Part shown: piece by piece, positions 37,175 through 50,260 of the stretch
How positions within the stretch are numbered: the first letter of the stretch is position 1
How the letters are laid out: each line of letters begins with the position of its first letter
Assembly (NCBI GenBank): GCA_036172245.1
Contig: JAYWIR010000006.1
Span: forward strand, 2,108,001-2,172,000
Reading direction: 5' to 3'
DNA length: 64,000 bases
Origin: Raillietiella orientalis
Taxonomy: Eukaryota
Position numbers and translations under genes: made by a program
The notes under the pieces: model-generated
Database searches by the model: none
Told to the model about the DNA's origin: nothing
The model's input: the letters and a program-made list of their open reading frames with translations, nothing else

Positions 37175-39350
37175 TTTGTTACCCGGTCACTCCGGGACGT
37201 TTATTTTATAAAAAAAAATACACCAGTTGGGAGCTGGAATGTTCTCAATGTTCTCCTACGACAACAAAAAGAAAGACAAAGGTCCAACGGCACGCAGGCC
37301 GGGATAATGAACAGTTCGGAAGAGGGGAGGGACAAGCGAACAGCAAAAATAAATTAAATTGGGTGGGATGGGACAGGGAGCTTTGGATTGGGGACAGGGA
37401 TGAAAACGAAAAAGCACCGGGAAAATCGCGGAGCGAAAAGGGATACGAAAGGAAAATAAATAAATAAAAGGAGCAGGAGATCAGAGTCACCGGAATCGGC
37501 CGTTCCTAACGATCTACCAACGGATACTGTATGCCGATGATCTCCGCCTTAGTCTCTTCCAGGTGGGGCCACCTTGCAACCTCCCTAATGTAGACGGCTG
37601 CCATGGTGGTGACCTTTCGCTACGCGGTGGTCTCCAGCACATGTCGGACCATGACGATGGAACGAATGCAACCCCATGGTTGCGATCACGGTGCCAGTCG
37701 AGAGTCCTCCTGGTGCCAAGAACCGTCTCAGCACATCTCAAGCGGTGCAGGAGTGCTGCTGCCAGCCACCGCCACAGTTCTTGGAGCACACCGCAGTCTA
37801 AAAGTCCTCGCACAATTAGAGGGAACAACCCCTGTGGAAACTCGGAGCCACCGCTCGTTGCAGTGGAATGCCCAGTGCAAGAAGAGCAGCACGTCCTGCC
37901 TCCAACTAAGCGGAAACACTGGTACGTTCACGCAGTTTGGCGGAACTACAAGTTCTTCGAGAGTGTCCAAAGTTGTCCGCGGAATGCCATTCTCCACCGG
38001 CTTCCGGCAGCGACCAGTTTGGTGAACATCACGGTTGGCTTGGGCCTTCAGGAGTCCTGAGTAGCGTTCTGTTGCAACTGGAGCTCGACCCTCTCGAAGG
38101 AAAGGCTGCTTCTCATGCTCATGCTCCTTCCAGTGGCAAGGTAGGAATGTTCCGGGTTTTCACCGCCAGTCCAGGGATCACGCATTCCGCCCTCTCGGGA
38201 GCAGCCAGGCGCTCACAAAAGCGCGGTCCCAAAGCTCCTGGTTCGTTGAGGAAGTTCCGTTCTTCAGGTCTTGCGGCGCCGGAGCACCGTGGAAGAAAGA
38301 AGCAGAGAGGCATCGCAGACGAGAGAATTGAGCGCTGACGCCACGTGCTCGGAAGGCATTACCGGAGGTTCCTTCGGGAACGCCTTCGATCTCTCAGAAT
38401 CTCGAGATCAGAAGATCTCTCGCCTCAGATCTCTCAGAAGGACTCAGAATCGGTCGTCTTGTTGGCGCTCCGCGACACCGTCGAGGACCACCACCAACCA
38501 TCCGTCACGAGGTCTCCCGACTCCTGTAATGACCCGTTCCTCCGCCGTGGAGGAACCCATGTCAGAGATCCGGAAATCCCTCGTGGAAGAATCCTTAATG
38601 AGCCTTTCAGACGAGAAGAGCAACGAAGTTCTCTCCTCTAAAGATGACGAAACATGCTGGCAGCAAGAGCACTCATCGCATTCAAAGGCATCTACAGGGC
38701 AAGAAGCGGCGAAAGAGCACCCGAAGTCAATGCTTGCCACAAAGCTTGAGGGAAGGAGCTACTGGAACCGCGTCTACCCTTCCTCTTTGCTCCTTCTTCC
38801 TCTGTTCCCTTCAGCCTCTTCCACGGCTGGAACGACCGCGCACCACTCCGAAGAAAACTCTTTCCCTTCTCTTCAGTAGCTGGTCTCCCTGGAGCGACCC
38901 CAAAAGTTTTCTCGGTGAGGCGCTCCATCGCCTTTCTCGTGAACCTCCTATTGACGCAGCGGTCACGGTCCGGCGCCTCATAAGCTCTGGGCACCGCCTT
39001 TCGGAAGGTTATGGATCTTCCGGAGAGGTCCAGAAGCTGCACGAAGCTGAGCGCCCGCGATCTGTCTCCTTTCCTGGCCCTTCTGGAGGGAGATCGTAAC
39101 CTGGCACGCCTCTGACGGCGGAAACTCAGGAACCGAAGAGGATTTTTCTCCTTCAGGATTCCACAGCTTCCCTTTCCTCCGCTCTTGCCCGCGATCCCTC
39201 CCGCGTTTAAGGAGACAGGCGGAGTCCTCCTGCAGGAAGCTCACACTCCCCGGAAGCATCAGAGGAAGGCTGCTGCCACATCCTGGAAAAGGGAAGGGGA
39301 TGATGCGCCAGGAACCCAGAGTCCACCAGGAAGAGCGTTCCCGACACCGG
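37175..39350 (-). mobile_element. Degenerate LINE (RT, zf-RVT, complete 3' end)
   Basis: LLDLSGRS, VNRRFT...GVAPGRP (GVRQG.P), SFAAS; EELVVPP..PLSWRQDVLLFLHWAFHCNER..LLDCGVLQELW; motif A at 37287-37302, terminal unit at 37182-37205. Confidence 0.75.
37182..37205 (-). other. LINE 3'-terminal unit
   Basis: AATAAA CGT CCCGG AGTGA CCGGG. Confidence 0.85.
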
Positions 39351-39379
39351 TTCGCGCCACTGACTTTTCTGAGCCCTCC

Positions 39380-39552
39380 TCCAATTCACCTTTCTTTTTC
39401 TCTCCTGCCTCTTTTCCTTCTCTCCCTCTTCCTCTATGCTTCCTGCTTTCCTCCTCCTCCTCCTCCTCTCTTTTTCCTACTTTCCTTCTCTTCCTCTCTC
39501 TCCTCTTCTTCTTCCTCCTCCTCCCCTTTTCTTCCTCTTTTTCCTCCTCCCT
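39380..39552. repeat. Polypyrimidine low-complexity tract
   Basis: Almost pure C/T (tcc, ttc units). Confidence 0.85.
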
Positions 39553-39974
39553 CCCGATTTCCGTACGCCCCAAATTGATCCTGACATGAAGATTAGTTTT
39601 ATACTTGCTTAAGATAATTGAAGTTTTGGTCTTCTGCGCCGACCGTGGGCGGGGGGAGCATTTCCTTCTCCCGTGGCTGCCTCCCCCTATTCTCTACCTC
39701 CCTCCTCTCGCTCAAGATGAAAGCAATTACTCCACCCTGGGGAACGAGGGGCCGATCAAGTAGAAGAAGCCATTTTCCGGGTAACGGGATGCCTTTAGAA
39801 GGAAGGCAGCTTTCATCGAGCGCGCGCAAGCAGAGGACCCGGGAGCGCCGTCCCCAAGGACCTCGCGACTCTGCGCCTGCACAGTTGCCAGGAGCGCCGT
39901 CGATCCCCTGAGTGGGGAGACTCCGGGCTGCTGGCGCCGAGATCACCCGGAGGCAGGAGAAACTTCGGCAGTCA

Positions 39975-40330
39975 AGATCAACGAGGAGGAGAAAACGGGA
40001 GAGCGGGGGGGCTGGAAGGGAGAAACAGGAAGGGCGAGATGATGCTAGCGATAGAGGTGAGGAGGAGGGGGAGGGGAGGGAAGAGTAAGAAGAAACGGGA
40101 AAAAATGTGGATGACATAGACGCCGACTGCGAAGAGGAAGAGGAGACGAAAGAGGATCAAGGAAAGGAAGAGGAAGGAGAAGCAGAAAAAGTGGTGCTGA
40201 TGACGGCCGCGGCGGTGGCGATGATGCAAAGAGGACATGCTGGTGATGACGAACATGAGGAGGAGGGGGGAAGGAGGAACGAGAGAAGACGAGATAGAGG
40301 AGGGTAGGGGAAGATGAGGGAGAGAAAGCT
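39975..40330. repeat. Purine-rich low-complexity tract
   Basis: gag/gaa-rich sequence. Confidence 0.75.
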
Positions 40331-40799
40331 CTGAGACCCTCAAGCCGGCGGCAAGGGAAGCCTTAGGGTCCGAGTGAGCCCTGGAGGGAGCAAAGGAGGG
40401 GCCGGCTGCAGTCCATCGTGTGCGGAGCGAACGCGTGACAGAGCCCTGGAGGCGCAGAGCTGCCAGGAGACTCGGGAGTTTTCCGTGATGGGGACCATGT
40501 CCTCCTTGCTCTGGCTCCCTCCCTAGGGCGAGCCAAGCGCCACACAGAAACCGATAAGTCTGCTCCATTCCTCCTCCCCCTTGCTCATGCGGAGGCTCGA
40601 CTACAGGGTGGCGGGGTGCACCCCTCCCTCCTGAGGTATGCTCCCTCCTTTGGAAAGCTGAACTCTTCCTGGAGCTCCCACAGCGGCCTCAGGGGCGAAC
40701 TCCAGCTAGCAGCCTCGCCGCCGCGGGTGTCTCCCAAAGAGCGACCCCCTAACGTGGCTCTCGTCCACTTCGCAAGGGATCTGTCCACCCACCCCGAAC

Positions 40800-41650
40800 C
40801 CGCTTCGGCAGGATGCATGCCTTAATGGACCGATTTTATTTGCGAAGCTGCCCGCGCTCCGTTGGGTCCCTGGATCAGTGATGCTGATGCCAGATAACGG
40901 TGGTCCATCTCCCATGCAGTGCCCACGAGCTGGATGCCTACTCCAGGAGAAAATCGTCTCCCTCTCCAGGTTCCGTTTCTGAACCAATCTGTGATCGCTG
41001 CTTGCATCTCGGAGAAACTCGATGACTTTACGGCGTCATTGGCGGATGCATCCCCCGGCACTGAGACACTCTCTGCAACCACGGAAGCGATTCCCCCGAA
41101 GAAACGGGGAGAGGAGAAGACTTGTGGATGTTTCCACGGAGACGGATAGTTCGCGAGCCATGTGTGTCGCGGCGGGGAAGCACAGGGTTTCAGGTACCAC
41201 CCGCCAGCTCTCAGCGGAGGGAGGGCAAGGGACCAACGGGATGCCCGTCCGGGAGCGGGTGGCACGGGACAGACCCCGAGACCACCTGGCACGTAGAGCA
41301 GAGGAGACGAGGAGCCGCCCTACACGCCTCGCAGGGCAAAAGTCACCACGGAAAGGGGGAACCCCACGAGAGTTCGCGGAGGCAGGATCTCTGCCGGTGG
41401 CTGCGCTCCGGATGCTGAAGGAGGAAAGCAGACGGATCAATGGCGCTCCCCGGATTGTACCCACCCAGCAACATCCAGCGCGTCGATCGCGGCTCCCACT
41501 CCCCTCTGCGAGCTTCCTGTGCGTGGCTGCTCGTCCACTTCTTCCAGGCAACTCGACTCCGCAGTCCCAGCAGTAGTCCGTTCCGCGCGAAGGACGCTCT
41601 GGCTTCTGCGTTCCCAGCTGGAAGAGAGTGGATCCCTTTCGCGCTTCCTC
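40800..41650 (+). mobile_element. Degenerate LINE RT domain
   Basis: APLGP, NQSVIAACISEKLDD, LSGGR, INGAPRIV...RLPLPSASFLCVAARPLL (NG...QG.PLSP.LF.LA.EPL). Confidence 0.5.
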
Positions 41651-42999
41651 CCCCAGTCCGAGGAGCGCGTGACCCACACTTCTGGGAGCAAGCTTGCCAT
41701 CCCAGGACTTCCCGACCACCTACCGTGGATAAATAAAAACGAAACGTCGCAGAGTTTGGAAACACGTGAGAAGGATGAGGGAGAGCATTTCCACCAATAA
41801 GGAAAAGGGAAGGGCCTCGCATGTGCAATCCAAACCTACCGAAGTCATAGGTGGGGAGGGAGTAGCGGGTCCCTATAGATTGATATGAAGAGAATTGGAA
41901 GAGGGATGGATGAGCCTCAAGGAGATGAATCCGATTTCCCCATGACCTTCAGATAAAGAGAGAGGACAAGGTAGCGGGGTACTACGAGCCTTGGCGACCT
42001 AGTCCGCCCACCACAGTCCTGGGGCCCTTCCCTGTTTCGCATCTCGGTCTGGACCGTTTCCCCACCTCCAACAGGAGGGCGGCCGCGAGTGGTCCTCTGG
42101 TCGGCAGTCACGCCTTTCCCCCCACCTTGACTACCGCCAAATTGCAGGCTCGAGGAAGCGATCGTTCTCCGAGAAGGGGGTCCTTGGAAACGCCGCCAGG
42201 GAATCGGAATGCCCGTGCGCCATGCCTTCCTAACGTGCCCTCCGGCGCATTCCAGCAGCAGCGCGCGGGGGGGAGCGTTCCCCCGATTCCACAGCGCACA
42301 CGTTCCTTGCGGATTTTCCCGGAGTCGTGACGGCCTTCCTCGTTTCCGGGGAGGCCCCAGCGTGCCACCAGCAGACTGGCAGCGTGATGGCGGCGGAGCA
42401 CCCGGCATGCGCACGCGCCCTGCCTTCTGGCGGGCTTCGCCCGGCTCGCGAGCGCCTTCGCAGCGTCCCCACATGCAGCAGAACGCTCGCCGCCTTCAGT
42501 TCTGTTCCTCCTTTTCCTCCCACGCGACGAAAACGAAGTGGGAAGACCTCTCTTTGGTAGCTCGGATCCTCCTCTTCGGCGATTGCTTTTCCCCTTTTTG
42601 TGCTCCGCGACACTCACACTCTCCACGTTCGAGACTGCGCCACCTGACGCATGTTCGGCTGAGGCGGCGGCATTCTGTCTAGTGGATCTGCCCGTACCCG
42701 GGAGAAGGGAGCTCTCGAGGGAAGCAGTGGGAGCCCAGCTTTCTGGGAGAGACGAAATGGAGGAGGGCACTCCCGCGGAGGGGAGGCAGGAAGTTCGAGC
42801 GTCAGTCCCGATGCTCTGGCTCGTTCGCTGACAGCACCCTTCCCCCTCTTTGAGCTGGGGATGGCGTGGCTGTGCTCCACGGGTTCAGATTTCTCGCGAA
42901 AGGGAGTCTTTTGTGCTCCTCCGGGAACGCCTCATGGCCTCGAGTCCTGAACCACGCTTTCGTGGCCTGAGGGAGGCAAGTCTGCCGCTGAAAGAGACG

Positions 43000-45900
43000 G
43001 TTTCCCAGGGACACTTTTTTGTCCCCTTTCTTAAACGTGGCCATTCGTCGTGCACGCGCCGATGTTGCGCGGCAGCAACGCTTCCATTAATGACATCAGC
43101 AATTGTCGCTTTGTCGCACGCAGGAACCAAACATCAATCAGCTCCCAGTATTCTAACGTATTGTTTTGTTTCGACTGCTCGACACAGAGGCCGCGTGGCC
43201 AGAACTGTACGATTCCATGTGAACAGCAATGAGAATGCGCTTTACGTGCCAGAAGCAAGCCATGGGTGCCTCTCCCTCTCTGGATGCAATTGCGCGAGGG
43301 GTGGGGGGGCGCGAGGATACTCTTCAAAGACAGGAACAACCCTAAGGCCCAACAGGTCCGCTCGACCCGTGCGTTTCGAACCAGGTCGTCCGCGGCATCG
43401 AAGTGCGGCAAAGCGCCCGGCAGCCAGCCTGCAGACTTCGAAGAACGTTCGACGTCTTGCTTGCCGCTAACGATGGGCCATGCCTCAAGGGAGATTTCGG
43501 GCATACTGATTTCTGCAGTTGACCTGCGTTCTCCGGAAGAAAGTAGGTGTTGGCAATACGTGCACAGATCTTCTTCATGAGAAGGACGGCTCTCTTTCCT
43601 CGCTCTCCTCTGGTTTCGGTGCCTTTGGGCAAATCCCCATCGATCTTTCACACCCAAGGTTCGGAACCATGGATCAGTTTCCAAGGTCCGCATCTCCACC
43701 TGCGGTCCGAGCGAGTGACCTGATTGTCTCACCCCCTGATCGAATTTCGCCGATAGACAAAGTCGAAACGAAGGAACCCAACATTTCTCGAACTGGTCCA
43801 GAGGAAAGCTGGGGAAAATCGATGTCCTTCCCTTACGTCTAACTCGGATGCTGGGCACCTGTGGATTTCGGACGACGCTTCCAAGACAACTTCGCCACTC
43901 ACTGGGGCTTTCCTTCTTTCCCAACCTTAATCGGTTATAACCAAGAACATCCCTCACTCTGAAAGTCCTCAAGACGTCCTCGGGACCTCGGGACGGGCTG
44001 AGTCTACCATGTGACGGAGGACCTCGTCCATCTGCTCTCCAAAAACCCTTCCTGTGACCAGCAGTCGAGAAATGACGCTGGGATTACGATCTCCTCCGCC
44101 CACTTTCCCCCAAAGTGGTCATCATCGTGGTTGCACTCTCTTATTGATTGTTATGGAAAACCAAGGCTAAATCAGGTTTTTTCTGGATTCTTCATTACCT
44201 CAGATGGAGCGCCTGAAGCTCCTCTGAGTGCACCGCAGTGGTTCTCTTGCCCTGTTAGGGCCGAAAAAACATAGGGACAGGCGGCTTCCTTCTTTGTCCC
44301 GTCGCCCCTGCCTACCTTCTCCCAGACATCAACCACTGAGTGTCTGCCCGCGGTCCCAGGAGTCCTCCTCCGTACGCCAGAATCCTGCCCCTCACCCCAC
44401 ACTACCCTGAACGCTGTGGAAGCCATCTTTGGGATCATGATCGCTCCTGGAATTCGGACAGGTTGCGTCAGTTGTTCGCGATCCCCCCAGGTGATGGATT
44501 CCATAGACACCCCCCTTATCGACGTCAAGGAAGAGAACTGGAAAGCACAGCACGCGGTTTCTGAGATCACTGAGCATCACCGGCGCCTACTCTCCGAATC
44601 CCTCAGCACATCCATCAGAAGATGCAGGCAGGTGGTGGAAGGGATGCATCACGTCCTCCAAGAGTTCGAACCAGACCGCTGTGGGGGAAAAGTCGAGGTT
44701 CCCGATGGGGGGAGAGAATGGCACCTGCCAAAGGATCCATGGGGTGAGGACTTGAGTGAAATGTTTAGGACCCCTTGAGACAACCCTCGAGTTGCAGCCC
44801 CACCAAGGGAGGAGCTCTTTTCTACCTCCGTTCGGCGGGTACCCTCTTTCCCACCTCGTCCTTGGGTTCTTCCCGACCTGGAATCCGCCATGATCAATCC
44901 CCATGCTTCTCTTCCTTTTCGGGGGCTGCAGCAGCCGTCCAGGACGTGAGGGGAAGACCAGGCTTTTCCTTTCACGGTTGCTTCCCTCCCGATCACCTTC
45001 CTCGCCGTTGCATCGTGAGGCCCCATGAGCAGCGGAACGCTGCGCATGAGAACGCCGCGAAGACGCGCACTGCAATAGTGCTCTCAGCCATGGAGGCTAA
45101 ACCTTGCCCAGGTGCCTCTTCGCATCCGTCCTCTTCTTCTAGGTTTCTTCGGAGGCTCCGACCAACTCTCCCGGAGTCCACGCTTCCCTACCGTGACATA
45201 GGCATAAAGAAGATGGACCGCAGGAACGCTGTGAGGCTGCTGCTCTGATGGGGCTCACTGCCCATGCTGCTGCCTTTGCCGATCCGTCTCCACGCAGCCG
45301 CCGTCCCCTCCCTTCCTCTTCCCCCAATGCTTCTGAGGAGACTTGACGGCGGCGAATGGCATGAAAAAGAAGGCCTCCAACGGCTTCAGTCCTCTCCTTC
45401 CGGTCTGCAGGCGCTGAGCATGCAGCTGCAGCGTTCACCCTTCACGCAAGGAAAGCTGGAGTGCTGCGAGACGGGAGCGCGTTCTCGGGACCCGAGGCGA
45501 TCCGCGCAGGCGTCAGCTGCGGCATATGGAGGCGACGGCCGACTGTAGCGGACGGGGGGTTCGTCCTCGCCGTAGAAGGGCGGCCGGCGTCCAGGAGAGG
45601 CCATGGTCGAGCGGCACAGTCAGACGCGGTCTCCCCGCAGGGCTAGACGCGCGGCGGCTCAGACAGGCCGAGTTCCGCCTCACATCAGACATGGCGGGAG
45701 CGTTTCCGGAAGTTGCGGAAATCCTTTCCTGATTGATTTCCCCAGTCAGCTCTAGATTATGGATGCTTAGGAGGTAGAGAGGCGGGCTCCGGAGAAGCAG
45801 TGTGCGCTCGGCATACGCCAGTGTGCCCGCCAGGAAGTGGGGCGCCCGTTCTGCGGAGTAGCGGCTGGACGCAAGCTCGTGCGCTTGCACGCGGCCTCGG

Positions 45901-46100
45901 CTTGGCGCTTCCATGGTCCATGGATGTGGTGCCGACCGCAGGCGATGGGACGCTCGCTGGTCTGCTCGTTGACCTTTCCAGCACTCGCCCCATCGGCCCA
46001 TCTCTTGCGAGAACCCAGGCGCGACCGGCGACCCTTCTCCTCCGTTTCTCCCACCCGTCACCATCATGGTCACCGCCTTCAGCCTCCCCTACACGCAAGA
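43000..46100 (-). mobile_element. Degenerate LINE ORF2 (EN end, RT, post-RT)
   Basis: SMDHG...VQPLL; EAPGQGL; VLFLDVDKGGVYGIHH (LD.EKAFD.V.H); SGVRRRTP; EVMKNPEKT (GL..N..KT); SWKRRPKSTG. Confidence 0.6.
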
Positions 46101-47059
46101 GGATGGTCAGGAGAGACATTCCAGCGGTCCCGGAGACAGGCGGCTACGCTTCGTGGGAATGGACTTCCCTTCGTGCGACTGCGAGGGCGTCCGCCCGAAG
46201 GCACTCGCATTCTCCGGTGCGGGGGTGAAGAGAGGAGGAGAAGAGAGAAACGGAGAGAAGAAAGGTGGCTCCAACGGCAGCATCCCAGACAGGATGCTGA
46301 GAAATGATTCTCCTCGAGGTGTGATCATGCGTATCACTTTCTGATTGCTGAGAGAACTTTTTTTTTCTTTTTGTCCTTTTCTTTCCCTACCGGCGTTCAT
46401 CACTCGGAGCATTGGAGCACCGTGTCGGTGGCAACGACTGCGAATCACGGATTGGGGGAAGGAGCCATCCTGCATGATTCTCTCTCTCTCCTCCGATCTT
46501 CCTGCCCTCTCGAGAGGCAGGAGGAGAGAGAGCATTTTCTTATCGATGATGGATCCGAAAATCGATGTTCGGAACGGAAACTTTCGCTTCATCCCTATCT
46601 GTCCTGTGGTCCTCTCCCCTACAAAGACAAGGGGTGGGGATGAGGTGGAGGAATAAGATGAAAAATCGTACTGGAGATGATCCGTGAAAAAGGCTGCTCG
46701 TCGGAGGAGAAACTGCAGTCTTCTTAGGGTTCGTTTTCGCGGGATGACTACAGATGCCGAAAGCTGCGAAGTCAGCAAATGCCCTAGGTCATTCTTTTTT
46801 CCATCCCCCTCTCTCTCTTTGGAGAGCCTTCTTTGAACAGAATGCTGGAAGGCACCCCTAGTCGAGAAGGGAGGAGGAGAGGTCGCAGATGCGAGGAACT
46901 CCCGAGGAGAGACCCAGGAGTCGGAGCCTCCGGGACACCCTACTCTGAGAACAGCCTCCGAGAGGGTCCCTCAAGCGGGGCCAGTGGGGTCAGCAATCCA
47001 GCTCAGCAAGATGGAGCGATGTCCCGCTGCCTTTGCAGCTTCTCCTTGGCGGAGGTGCA

Positions 47060-48030
47060 AAGGGGAGACAAGCCCACGCGGCTCGCCACTTGGAACGCTT
47101 CCCGCGCTTCGAGCCCGCAGCGCGACCCAGGCCTCTACGCTGGCCCCCACCCTGCAAGTTCCTTTGGGTCTGGACTGACAGGCGGGGAAGGGAGCCTGTG
47201 CGCTTGAACAGCATCAAGCTCTCGCTTGCTCTTCGCGAAAGCTCCCGACGAGCAGCGAGAGGCGAGCGATTCGTCCCCATCCTGGGGAAGGGAGGACGCT
47301 GGAGGAATCTGGAAGGGTCAAGTGGTTGACAGGTAGGCGGAGTTCGACCTTCGAACATCCTCAGAAAGCGCCTCGCATGCCCTCCGGCGCCAGCGCTTTC
47401 TCCTGCGGTCCTCATCCGGAGCTTCGATCCATGCCGTCCAACAAAGAAGCGGAGGGGAACCCTGCGGGTACCTTAGAGACCTCAATTCCGGGAAAACGGG
47501 CCCATCCCGCAGAGAGAGCCGTAACTCCCCTCCCCCCTCCCGAAGCGGAGCAGCGCGGACTCCCTGAGAAATCTCCCCACTCTCCTTCCCCATTCCCACC
47601 TCCTCCGCCGAACTCGTGTTGGTCCTCGCGCTGCTTCCGTGAAGGTTGCTTGGCACCCACCCATGGCACGGTCCCTCATTATGCGAGCAAACGAGGAAGG
47701 GACCTCAGGACTGCCCTACGGGACACTCGGTCTTGGGAGTTATGGCAGAGGAAGACGGGGCCGGGGAGAGGATGTTGGGCTTTTCGGCATCTCTGCCCAG
47801 AGATCCCTACCAGACTTGGATCGGGTTCCGTGCGATCCATCTCGGGGAGGATTTAGGGAAAGATATGCATCAGGGGTCCTTCTTCCGCCTTCTCCTCCCT
47901 TGCTCTTCTTCCACAGCGTCATCTCTTTGAACGCCTTTCCACGGATGCTCGGGGACCACTTCGTGGGGTGGCGTCTCCGAACGCCATCGCGAACACTAGA
48001 GCACGCATTTCAACCACGCATTCCCGGGTG
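47060..48030 (+). mobile_element. Degenerate LINE AP-endonuclease domain
   Basis: RLATWNA (TWNVRG), LALRES (LQET), DLDRVP (RLDR) and LGDH (SDH), in order. Confidence 0.6.
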
Positions 48031-49895
48031 ACCGGGAGGCAGCTGCTGCGAAGGTTGCCCGTCTCGACCACGGAGCCCCACGAGGCTCACGGACGGGAAT
48101 CTAAGATTCAGAGGGGGGAGGACCACGCGGCCCACGAGACGCGTGCGACCTGCCAGAGGTTGGCAGGGAGCCGGCGCATTGCCTCGGGCGACCAGCTGGG
48201 CAGGGAAAATCCTTGGGGGAGGCTGGGAGCGCGCGCGCGACAGGACTCGTCGAATCCCAGGCGGCGTAATCGGAGACCACCTGGCTCTCGGTGCAGCACT
48301 GCCGGTTGGCCCGGCAACCCCGCAGGAGTTCTCCCGAAAGAAGTGGAGTCGCAGCGGGCCTCTCCCGCTCCTGAAGTCGAGGGCTCTCCTCCCCCTCCAC
48401 CACCACCACCTCGAGCATCATCGTAACGGGCGGGATTGGAGGGGGAAGGAAACCCGCGGACGTCGGTCCGCTCTTGGAAGGGAGAGAGAGGGCGCAAGGG
48501 CGGGTCCGAGAGCGGCCTGTGATCCACCCTGGAAGCAATAGACGCGCCCTGTGCCACCTAGTGGTTGCGAGGACGAGGGCACGCATCCACGTGGCTTCCC
48601 AGATCGTTGAACTACCGAAGGGTTCAGGTCCTGGAGTCGGAGAGCGGAAACCCCGCTCCTTCGATCCCCACGGGTCCATGAGGAGGAAAACAGAAGCAGG
48701 GCGCACGCCTGCAGGCGAGGGAAACGGGGATGCCGCCCCTGAAAGGAGAAGGGGTCCCGCGAGGTCAGGCAAGCGGCAGACTCGCAAGCTGCGGGGTGAA
48801 AATCCTAAGGGACTTCTAGAGAGAGTGGGAAACATCCCCTGCCTCCTTCCTGTTTCTTTGCATCGTCCTCCTCCTCTTCCTTCTTTCCTCTCTTCCTTCC
48901 TCCTGTATTCCTAAGCCATCATTTCGGCCTCTTCCCTGTTCTTTCTTGCAAGGAGGCGGTCGGAGGAAAGGAGTGGTGTCCGGGGCTGCAAGAAGGTTTC
49001 TTCCTGTACCAGCTACTGCACCCTTGAGGAAACTTCGGGCAGAGGAGCTCCCAAGCTCGGCTCAATGAGTGGGCCAAGAGAACTGGGCATGGCGAAACCT
49101 AAACGCCCCTTCGAATCTTGGAAACACGACGGGCGTACAGAGGCAGAGATGACGAGCTGGGGCAGCCTTTCTCCCCTCCACTCCGGGGGGGGAGGGCAGA
49201 AGAACGGACTCGAAAGCCCCTCGCGGCCAGGAACTTCCACAACCACCAACCACACCCTTTCCGGAGCGTCTGATCGACGCGTCCGTCGGAAAGCCAACAA
49301 GGGAAGAGCGGGCGTCCGATTGCCCCTTCCGTTGTTCCGCGCCCCTCTGCCGACCGACCGAGAGCACCTTCAGATCCACACAGCTCCTGGCCCATCGTGC
49401 CGATTTTCGGGAGACCACCACGCCGCGGGAATCCCTTTCTCTTGCCGCTCACTTCGGAGCCAGATCGATGCTGGTTGCCTTCCACAGGTAGTCACTGAGC
49501 ACGGGAGGCGCTACTAGAACATGTGAGGGGAGAAAGAACTCCTCGAGAAAGCAGAAGAAACCTGCATCCGAGATGATAATCTGTTTATTGCCCCGACCCA
49601 GATATACCGTTATGTACTGGGAGAGCCAGTACAGTCCCTGTGCGCCTGCAGCAGACAGGGCCAAATTATGACATCAATAAGGAAAGGAGGACAGACGAGA
49701 AATGGTTTCGTTTTATTATTGCAATAAATATGGGAAGCAGCAGCTTCCCATATCCTAGGTGTACGACTACGCGTCTCACGTAGCGCATGGTACACGGGCT
49801 CACGGCCCGCTGGAAATCCCCATCGATCTGGGGATGCTGGCAGTCTTCATCTTGGGATGGTCCAGCTGCTAGCGCGCTGCAACCGGTGCTTTTCT

Positions 49896-50260
49896 TCAGA
49901 GACCTCGAGGAGGCTCGGGCAGCAAGGCGTCGAAGCAGCGGAGGAGAATGAGACTCCGGGCCACCGACAACGTCCGCCGAGACTGCTTGCATTCCCGCTG
50001 GACTTCCTCCAGGCGCCACTCGTAAGCCACGGGACGGGAACCGTGGGTTACGAGACAAACGCTGCTGCTTACGAAATCTTCTTGCGTCCCCCATTTCCTA
50101 TTGCCGCGGAAAAGGGAGGGGATTTCCTCCGGTTCCCACGAGCTCACCCAGACGGATTTTCGGTCGAGGTCTTCGTCTTTACTCCGCGTCACCGGAACAC
50201 CAACTCCATCATGCAACAGCAAGATGGGAGTTTCCTGAAGCCAGTCTGCCTGGACCACTC
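49896..50260 (-). mobile_element. Degenerate LINE AP-endonuclease fragment
   Basis: ORF 49896..50258: WLQETP, DGVGVPV, LILLRCFDALL (LILLGDFNA.L). Confidence 0.6.

Noticed and set aside
37530..37541. Perfect YADD on the + strand
   Set aside because: It is antisense to the C-terminus of the minus-strand LINE, with no other RT motifs in frame.
43031..43972. 313-aa ORF with GVRQ and AADD as an RT core
   Set aside because: The motifs are >100 aa apart, and the ordered RT motifs lie upstream at 44170-45130. This ORF occupies the post-RT position.
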